Source: Octopus vulgaris (Eukaryota). Taken from it: 64,000 nt of DNA. Shown piece by piece: positions 55,428-64,000 of the stretch. Numbering within the stretch: position 1 is the stretch's first letter; each line of letters begins with the position of its first letter. The stretch is taken from contig OX597819.1 of assembly GCA_951406725.2 (NCBI GenBank), positions 26,226,001 to 26,290,000 of the forward strand, given 5' to 3'. Under the pieces are notes generated by a model. The model made no database searches, was not told where the DNA came from, and saw only the letters and a program-made list of their open reading frames with translations. The position numbers were made by a program, and so were the translations under genes.

Positions 55428-55522
55428 CCTTGATTTTCCTGATGAGAAATCTGCATAATGTACTCCTTATCCCTTTGGAATTAGGAATATGCAGCCTTCG
55501 AAACATATGTTGAGAATAAAGG
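55428..55522 (+). ncRNA. Type I hammerhead ribozyme motif with extended stem II
   Basis: CCTTGATTTTC-CTGATGA-GAA.CTGCATA..TATGCAG.TTC-GAAAC-ATAT-GTT-GAGAATAAAGG; follows C-rich PLE-like sequence at 55010-55400. Confidence 0.75.
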
Positions 55523-55717
55523 ATATTTGTTAACTTGTTCAACTCCATTCTTTCATATACTTATAATTTTAAAATAAACATACAAATTTCCGCACGAAGA
55601 CACGTAGTCTATGCCCTAGGGACGTAGCTTCAAGCGTGTTCTTTCTGATGTGAATTTGCTACCCAGGTATCGGTTATCTTTCGAATTATCCTTAATAAGA
55701 TAATTCATTCAACTACT

Positions 55718-55752
<35 letters not shown>

Positions 55753-55769
55753 ACTTATATATATATATA

Positions 55770-56010
55770 TAGTTGAAATTTACAGAAAAACAAAAGACGA
55801 GGTAAGGTGTATTGTTCTCAGAAGAATGCAGTTTGAAATCTGATATGTCCCTCAAAAATGTAACACGGGAACGAGTTTACAGAAAACAAAAAATAGATAC
55901 TCGGGGAGAATGGAAAAGTCTTTGACGTTTTCAGCCTAGGCCCTTCGACAGAAAGTATTGAGAGGAAAATGATGGAGAGAGAACGAAAAGAAACACGGAG
56001 TGACAAAACA
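55770..56010 (-). mobile_element. PLE pLTR-like fragment with degenerate hammerhead
   Basis: Minus strand CTTTCTGTCGAAGGGCCTAGGCTGAAAACGTCAAAG; same family as 46560-46705. Confidence 0.6.
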
Positions 56011-56044
56011 TTTTGAGGGATTAACGGTTCAACATGAGAAAATT

Positions 56045-56640
56045 TATGTCAGGTTTTTCTATAATGTAATCAGTTTGGTGCGCTTTTGATCAGGTGTCAG
56101 AAAATGTAGAACGCACCAAGCGGAAACCTTTATCATGTCACATTCATTGTGCAGAATATTGTCAAATCTCTCACGGGATATGCTAATAGCATTGAGTATT
56201 TGGTTTACAGTCAATTGCCTTTCGTCCATCACCATGTGGTGAATACGATATTTTCCTCGGTGGTGGCATTGTAGGATGTCCAGACCACAGGTCATCTTCA
56301 AGACTCCCATTCTTCTCCTAAATTCAGCTGCTCAATTTTACACTGCTGATAAAGCTGAGTCATTATTTCCTTATGTAGCAATCGCCTCAGCATGAATGTC
56401 CTCGGGGGTTAAACCTTTTTTCTGAAGTTACAACACGATGCCAAATTTTGTCCATTTGCATGTGGGTACTCTACAAATTAAATCTGAAGTCTTTAGATAA
56501 CAGTCGGATGTAATTTTTATCTTGAAAAAACAATTCAGTTATCGATGAGTTGTATTTGATGAAAGATTTCACAGCTCTAACATCACTCCCTCTTAGTCAG
56601 ATTATTAAAGTTTCAGCCCATCTTTCTATATATCTAGACT
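56045..56640 (-). mobile_element. Decayed mariner 5' fragment
   Basis: DERQLTV..ISRE...ILH....KVSAWCVLHFLTPDQK (compare KVSARWVPRLLTPDQK). Confidence 0.7.
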
Positions 56641-56720
56641 ACTTTGAAAAATCCTACGTGGAAATATTCAGAATAAAATTAACACTCAGATTTAGATAAG
56701 TATGTAATATAAAATATCAC

Positions 56721-57026
56721 GTGATCACGTGACCGACCAGGCTATCAAATGTTGCTACACACCGCTGGTCACAATGCGCTTCGCATTGTTTTCGCCTTCA
56801 AATGACGCCACCCCGTTGGCTAAGCGAGCAGGCGAACAGAAGAAAGAGTGAGAGAAAGTTGCGACGAAAGAGTACGGCAGGGATCACCACCACCCCCTGT
56901 CGGAGCCTCGTGGAGCTTTAGGTGTTTTCGCTCGATAAACACTCACAACGCCCGGTCTGGGAATCGAAACCGCGATCCTACGACCGCGAGTCCGCTGCCC
57001 TAACTACTGGGCCATTGCATCTCCAC
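56721..57026 (-). mobile_element. tRNA-derived SINE (family B head, different tail)
   Basis: Head shared with the 20075 copy; ends in CACGTGATCACGTG. Confidence 0.85.
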
Positions 57027-58354
57027 AATATGAAATATATAATGCATTAAATACATTGAATTTATGATCAACCCCCAGTTTTACTGATACCTAAGTTATC
57101 AGCGATGTCTTAGGTATCTCATTACCAATACTACCAAATTCCTTCTACTTAATTAGTCAGATTGTAAGCCTACGTTGGATTATATTACTCTAGTTGCCTC
57201 TTAAAAATATACGATACTTACGTCTGATTTTTCTTTTCAGACATAAGTTTACTCAAAGAGAGTTGTTCTGGGTCTAAATAGCAACAAGCTTTAAATAATA
57301 GTCTTAATCTCCTGCATTGTTTCTAGTATATATTTATGAAACTATCAAATTGGCTATTTGTTTCTAATCTATATCTGCTTAGTATATACGTGTGTATATG
57401 TATATATTTGTGTGTGTTCACTATGTATGTACGTATGTATATATATATATAGTATGTGTGCGTGCATGCTCCAAAAGTACACAAAAAAATTTTGCACATA
57501 TTTCTTTAACAACGTTAGGTAAATGTTACAAACGATGCAAAGCTTTACGTGAAGTATGAAAATGAGACAAAGATGTTAGTTTAAATAAGTCATTAACTCT
57601 TTAGTAGTGTTCGTTTTGATATTATTTTTACACACAGCAGAATCAACGTTATTATCTGCGTGAGCAAACTAATTAAAAGTTATTGAACGTAATGCTCAAT
57701 AATACTGTCTAGCAATTTATTTTTTCGGCCTAGAATTAAGAGTTGTTGTTGCAGATGTGGTTGCAATGACAAACGAACTAATAGTACAGACGATCCCTTA
57801 TTTTTCTATATACAGTCAAATTGTAAAGATAAAAAATAGCGGCTTAAGACTGGCCAATGGTTATAATTAATTAGTTTCTTCATGCAACGCTGGCTCGGAT
57901 TTATGGGTTTGTTCTGTAGTATATAATAGCATGAAAATCATAATAGATTCACGACTAAATATTTCCTCTACGTCACCGAGCTAAATGAAATGAAGTCAAT
58001 TATAAATATGCTTATCTTTCACAATAATCTATTGAATCTTCCATCAATTAGCAAGAAGGGGGAAGTCCATTTCTTAACTGATGTAATAAAATATGTACCG
58101 AGTTGGATTTCTTGTAGAAATAATTTATAATATAAACCAATGTCTAATGTATATGTCATCGTTTCTTGTTTAGCACTTTATATTCATTATATTCTCTCAT
58201 GCAGAGCGATTTTATACGGTCAGTTGACTTGTTAGAAATAGCAGCATTTTCATGCTCAAATTACAATCTGCCTCTCTAAAAAGTGAATACGTATTGAATG
58301 CTGATTATAAACTGTTCTATTTCTGATCATAAATTAGCCAAATTAGAAATAACA

Positions 58355-58678
58355 TGGCTGTGGTCGTTGCATATTAAAAAGATTGCTTCCTAACTGCATA
58401 GTTCTGGATTCAGTCCCATTGCATTCCGCCTTGGGCAAATGTACTTTACTATAGCCTCGGCCAGACCGAAGTCTTTTGAGTGGATTTGGTACACGGAAAT
58501 GGGGAGAAGCCAGTTGTATATATACGTGCGTGTGTGTTTGTCCCACATCATTGTACAAGTAGAAGGCTTAAAAAAATATTTCCTGGGGTCGATTTGTTCG
58601 ACTAAAACCCTTCAAAGCGGTGCTACATCATGGCCACAGTTAAATGACTGAAACAAGTAAAAGAGTAATGAAAAAGAA
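58355..58678 (+). mobile_element. Family A SINE, decayed and internally deleted
   Basis: Shared head, body and tail. Confidence 0.75.
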
Positions 58679-60387
58679 TGAGCAACAATGCCTTTCAGTG
58701 ATAAACATTAGAGCTTCATTGTGTGTTGATGGTATCCATCAGCAAAACACTTCGATATAGTTTATAAAATGTATTATATCAATGTTCAAGACAAAAAAAA
58801 AATTCTAATATTCCAATCTTTAAGACAGGAAGCGTAATCAGAGAGATAATGTTATAAGAAACTATGAAAAGCGATAAATTTGTTGAAAAGGAATTGTTGA
58901 TTACACATGGCAGCCCATTTTTAGCAAAGATATCATCATATCATTACCAGCTTCAACAGTTCACTCTAGGCTTCAATCTTATTGCAATGAACAGAAAGAG
59001 ATGCAAATTTAAATATATACACATAACTCTATTATATGTTTCTCGCGGCTCTATACTTCTTTACATGCACACGGCACCTTTACTAATTATCAAGTTATGT
59101 CTTTATGCAACACAGAAGGATAGATATTTGGTGCCATTTCCTCTTTCTTCATAATACTCTTTTTTATCTACTCCCTGCAACCCAACTTTCACATTGTCTA
59201 ATATTATAACGTTTCCATGCTGAAATTCAAGCATCACGCACGGACTAAATCTCACCTTCGTTCGGCCTTTATTCCCTCGTTCTTTACTTTCCTTCCACAC
59301 CTTCCTCTCCCACACTTCTGGGCATACGTAAATAATTCTCTTCACGCTTTTCCTTTCCTATTTCTTTTGTGGTCACCTTCCCGTTGGTTTTCGTCCCTTC
59401 TTCATGCCGTTATTTAATGTAAGTATTTTACTATCACCTCATTTGCAAGTCACCCAGAAGATGTTCGGAGGTCCTCTCATGGAAATATTTGCACATCATG
59501 CTTCATGCGAATTGATATAATAGGTTTGCTTATAAATTTTGTGTAACATTGCCACAATATGGAAAACTGTTTGCATAATATATTATATCAAACATTCACC
59601 GACTTGTTGAACAGCTGTAAAGATAAATTTACATCATCAAATATATACATACATACACACATACATATATATACATACATATACATATATATATATATAT
59701 ATGTATCAAATGAAATAAAAACAGAACACAAAGAATGTCGCAGTACACATGTTTCGAGCTTTATAAAACAACTTATTCTTACATCAATGTATAATCGACA
59801 TAACAGATAGTTTAAAGCCCTTTTCAGCCGCATGCAATTGCTACACCAAAGACTTGTATCACATTATGAGAGGTCTGAAAAAGAACATTTGGTATTATTT
59901 ATAATGGTAGGTAAATTGAGTATCACTGAGAAAGTATGTTTGTAAATCTTGATAATCAAATAGTTGTACAGGGTATTATTGAACTCCAAAAAACCGTCCA
60001 TACCGTTTTCTCACTCAATATAGAGTGAATACTGGGTAGATTCCGGTTGGGTTCATTCCTCTTGTAAGAGAAGGACATAATGGAAATTCTAATCGAAAAA
60101 TACTGGAGATAACAATGTTGTAAATGACTATGAAGATATTACAGTGGAGAATTAAGGATTATGAACTTTAAACCTTATAATATTTGAAAGTTTTAGTTAA
60201 TTTATGCATACAAGATAGTTTAAATTCAGATCTTTTATTAATTAGTTTGTTTTTATCTTTGAATTTAATGATTTTTAGAAGTTCTACGCAACATAGCTGG
60301 TACCCTGTTCTATTATTTTTTTTAAGACGCAGCTGATCTGATAATGGACCATCTAAGGCTAAATTCGATATTATTGTCTTTAAGTTC

Positions 60388-60454
<67 letters not shown>

Positions 60455-60667
60455 ACGTCACATAAATACTTTTATGTATTATTGCCTGAGTCTTGCGTTT
60501 CTTCGAACCAAGTTTCGCACTGCAAGTCTACCCCCATTTAGAAGTTTGGGCTCAAGAATTCGAACAGTCCGAGCCTTTATTTGCTTCTTATCTATTCTAT
60601 GCTGTACTGCCATCTAGTCAGTCACTGCCCTCTTCTCTCTCTCTCTCTTTCTTTGTTTCTTTCTCTC

Positions 60668-60706
<39 letters not shown>

Positions 60707-63700
60707 GATTGATTGATTGATTGATTGATTCTAGTTTCAGCTTATGAGCTGTGGCCATGCTGGGGCACCGCCATTTGGTGTTGCTACTTGGTTTCACTTC
60801 ATGGAGGCTTTCTAGCAACTGCTATTTGGTGCATGAGAGAGTTCGATGCAGCTGCCCTCATCTGCCCCTCCTGCCGTGAAGTTGGTTCATCTGGGACACC
60901 TGACAGGAAGAGATCCAGCTTCATTTTAAAGACATCTGTATCCACCCCATGCAGGTCTCTCAGGTTCTTCGGGAGGATATTGAAGAGCTGTGGGCCTCGG
61001 AAGCCCAGGCTATCACAGAATCTTGTCCTACATCTTGATGGCAGGTTTGGAGTCCTAGGCACCACGCAGTGGCGCCCAGTTCTGGCATTTGCGTAACTCT
61101 CGATGCCAAAGTTCAGGACACTTCCCTCCAGGATCTTCCACATGTATATTATGGCATATCTTTCCCGCCTACGCTCCAGGGAATATAATTTTAATCTCTT
61201 GAGTCTTTCCCAGTAGCTTACATTCTGCATAGAGGCTATCTTCTTTGTGTAGCTTTGTTGGATCGCCTCAAGTTCTGTGATCAACTTGACACTGGATGGT
61301 GACCATAGCTGAGAGCAATAGTCAAAGTGGCTTAGGACAAGTGTCTTCCAGAGGACCATCATGGTTTCTTGTTCTCTTGTTCTAAAGGTTCTAAGAATCC
61401 ATCCAGCCAGCCGTCTACATTTCATTGTCAGTTTAGCAACATGTACATGAAAGGTCGCGTCATCACTCATGTGAATACCCAGGTCACGCACTGATTGTGC
61501 CTCTGGGATTGCAATCCCTCCGGGTCCAGTGTATTCATTGGGTATTGCATTCAGTTTTACATGCTGATAGTATAAAGCTTGAAACTTTCCAGCATTGAAC
61601 TGCATGCTATTCTTTTCAGCCCACTTGTATATTTCGTCCAGCTCACATTGCAGGTGTTTAGTGTCCTCAGGGTTCTGTATTGCCTGTGAGACTTTTGTAT
61701 CATCTGCATAACTTGTGATCGTGGCTCTCTGCGTGGCTGAGGGCATGTCTGAGAGGGCCATTATGAACAGTAGTGGTCCCAGAACAGTGCCCTGCGGAAC
61801 ACCGCTCACTATTTGTGTGTTAATGGAGGTGGCCCCATTGGCTACTACCACCTGACTTCTATCCTTCAGAAAGTCATGAAGCCATTCTCCCAGTTTTCCA
61901 ACTATGTTGAGATCACGCAGTTTGTGACATATCATTCCATGATCGACTTTATCAAAGGCCTTTGCAAAGTCGAGATATATCACTTCCACATTTGAGTGGT
62001 TGAGCAGCCGTTTCAGCACCCAGTCATAGTGTTGTAGGAGCTGAGTTAAACAGCTTCTCCCTGGTCGGAAACCATGTTGGGTGTCGGGCAGCAAGTCATT
62101 CTCTTCAAGGAAGGTGATCAGCTTCCTTCTGACTATTCGTTCCATGACCTTGCTGATGTGTGAGGTCAGAGAGATAGGTCTATAGTTCTTGGCTTCCGCT
62201 CTGCTACCTCCTTTATGAATGGGGCATATTTTACCTTCCTTCAGTTTTCCTGGAAGTTTGCCAGCTGCAAGGAAGCTCTGAAAGAGGAACTGCAGTGGTC
62301 TTGCTAGGACTCTCTTACATGCTTTTAGGAGGATTGCCGGGAATCCATCGGGGCCAGTAGCTGAGTCTGTTTTCATTTCATCTATAGCCTTGGTTACATC
62401 GTCTTCCTTTATATCGATGTAATCTATCGTCGCCGCCTCTGATTTTATATCTGCAGTGGTAAAAAAGTCAGTTGGATTGGTGATTTGGAGATGCCCAAGG
62501 GGTGGAGTGAAAACACTCTTGAATTGCTCATTCAGTATTTCACTTACCCTCATTGGTTTTCCTGTAAGTGTGCCATCCTTTTCAAGGAGTGGCCCTATTC
62601 TACAGTGCACTGTAGCTGTTTCTTTGGCATACCTGTAGAAAGCTCTGGGGTTAGATTTTATGTTTTCTATAGCCCAGGCTTCTTTGTCTGCTCTTTCTTT
62701 TTCATGGGAGAGTTGCAGACATTTTTCGATTTCCAACAGTTTTATTTTTAGGCGGGACTTTTCACTGCTTTCAATCTGTTTGTTTAGGCGATTTGAAAAT
62801 TTCGTACGCCGTCTCATTAAAATTTTCCTCTCTCTGGGGATTTTGTTCTTGTGTACAGTGGCCTTTCTCTCTGGGACACATTTGTAGCATATGGCTTGCA
62901 TTACAGACATGAATTGTTGAAGTTTCACGTCGATGTCTGGCGAGGAGAGACATTTAGGCCAGTTTTGTTTGAGGATCTCTTTCTCAATTTGTTTCCAGTT
63001 TGCCTTATGGTAGTTCAAGCTGGAAAGATTTTGAGGGTTTCTTGTAGGCTGAATGTTCGTGCTCTCTTTTGGCCCGTACATGGTCAGCTCTATCATGTTG
63101 TGATCCGAGAGTAGTGTCGGTGTCACTTTCACATTATGGATGAGATCCATGTCATTTGTGAAGCAGAGATCCAGTGTGTTACCTGCCCTGGTTGGTTGGA
63201 GTATTACCTGCTCCATGTACAGGGTGTTGATGAGGTTCAGGAGGGACCTCGCCTGTCCTCGTTCACATCTTGTCATTCCTGGGAGAGAAAGGCCCTCGGG
63301 CCATCTGACATTGGGCAGATTGAAGTCTCCCATAAGAAGCACACCTATGTGTTGTTCTAATGTGGTTAGAATTTCTTCTATTTTTATAAGGCAGTCTTCA
63401 AACTTGCCCACATGGCTTGGGGCATCTGGAGGGCGATATGTAGCACACACAACTACATCAAGTTGCCTAATATGTACAATTAGTGTGTCACACACCGAGT
63501 TTGAGTATGACAAGAGGACCTGGGGTGTGAGGTCCTCACGGATGTACATAGCAACACCTCCATGACTCCTTTCTTTCCTGTCGGTCCGTAGTACAGCATA
63601 CTGTGGTATGTGTAACTCCGCATCTGCTATGTCCGGTTTCAGGTGCGTTTCTGTAAGTGCTATGCATAAGGCTTGATTGCATGCAACAAAGTCTCTCAGG

Positions 63701-63858
63701 AACGGGATCTTTGTCCTGTTACTGAGTGTTTGCAGTCCTCTGATGTTCAGTAGGAGTATCGAGGTGAGGTGTACGTTGTTGCCGGCGGTGTCCATCCTGT
63801 GTCTGTTTGCTGTGGTGGTCTGGTATATAGTGGGTAGTCCCACCTGCGGGCTTGGGTT

Positions 63859-63861
<3 letters not shown>
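60707..63861 (-). mobile_element. CR1-group LINE copy 2 with (AATC)6 tail
   Basis: Near-identical to 35417-38608; (TA)n on both flanks. Confidence 0.95.
60799..63795 (-). CDS. LINE ORF2 APE+RT (998 aa from MDTAGNN)
   Basis: Same motifs as copy 1, with no stops or frameshifts. Confidence 0.95.
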   Translation of the reverse strand: MDTAGNNVHLTSILLLNIRGLQTLSNRTKIPFLRDFVACNQALCIALTETHLKPDIADAELHIPQYAVLRTDRKERSHGGVAMYIREDLTPQVLLSYSNSVCDTLIVHIRQLDVVVCATYRPPDAPSHVGKFEDCLIKIEEILTTLEQHIGVLLMGDFNLPNVRWPEGLSLPGMTRCERGQARSLLNLINTLYMEQVILQPTRAGNTLDLCFTNDMDLIHNVKVTPTLLSDHNMIELTMYGPKESTNIQPTRNPQNLSSLNYHKANWKQIEKEILKQNWPKCLSSPDIDVKLQQFMSVMQAICYKCVPERKATVHKNKIPRERKILMRRRTKFSNRLNKQIESSEKSRLKIKLLEIEKCLQLSHEKERADKEAWAIENIKSNPRAFYRYAKETATVHCRIGPLLEKDGTLTGKPMRVSEILNEQFKSVFTPPLGHLQITNPTDFFTTADIKSEAATIDYIDIKEDDVTKAIDEMKTDSATGPDGFPAILLKACKRVLARPLQFLFQSFLAAGKLPGKLKEGKICPIHKGGSRAEAKNYRPISLTSHISKVMERIVRRKLITFLEENDLLPDTQHGFRPGRSCLTQLLQHYDWVLKRLLNHSNVEVIYLDFAKAFDKVDHGMICHKLRDLNIVGKLGEWLHDFLKDRSQVVVANGATSINTQIVSGVPQGTVLGPLLFIMALSDMPSATQRATITSYADDTKVSQAIQNPEDTKHLQCELDEIYKWAEKNSMQFNAGKFQALYYQHVKLNAIPNEYTGPGGIAIPEAQSVRDLGIHMSDDATFHVHVAKLTMKCRRLAGWILRTFRTREQETMMVLWKTLVLSHFDYCSQLWSPSSVKLITELEAIQQSYTKKIASMQNVSYWERLKRLKLYSLERRRERYAIIYMWKILEGSVLNFGIESYANARTGRHCVVPRTPNLPSRCRTRFCDSLGFRGPQLFNILPKNLRDLHGVDTDVFKMKLDLFLSGVPDEPTSRQEGQMRAAASNSLMHQIAVARKPP

Positions 63862-63911
<50 letters not shown>

Positions 63912-64000
63912 CAAAATACGCAACAAGGATATCCAGAGGTAATGCTGTACGATCGTTTCATGCGACTCCATTTAATTGAACAATGCAATAATTTTCATGA

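Noticed and set aside
57241-57280. TTTTCTTTTCAG acceptor as the next host exon
   Set aside because: The phase-2 continuation hits a stop after about 11 codons and has no good donor

Overview
AT-rich, repeat-dense animal genomic DNA. The SINE, LINE and (TA)n landscape resembles a coleoid cephalopod such as Octopus; this is an inference. The window holds three CR1-group LINEs with open APE+RT ORF2s (two are near-identical) and one 5'-truncated relative, all embedded in TA-rich microsatellites. It also holds several decayed Tc1/mariner transposons, about 15 tRNA-derived SINE copies, a non-autonomous Helitron, Penelope-like (PLE) fragments and one probable host coding exon (53628-53826). The most striking unannotated structure is a set of about a dozen type I hammerhead-ribozyme-like motifs, several with non-canonical cores (U3-A8, U4C). 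They sit in short TA-embedded elements that often form long inverted repeats with arms up to about 370 bp. A 3' stem-loop that covaries between three LINE families and the dominant SINE is also visible. The long YI/MYV-rich ORFs are microsatellite artefacts. Coordinates were read by eye, so repeat boundaries are approximate.
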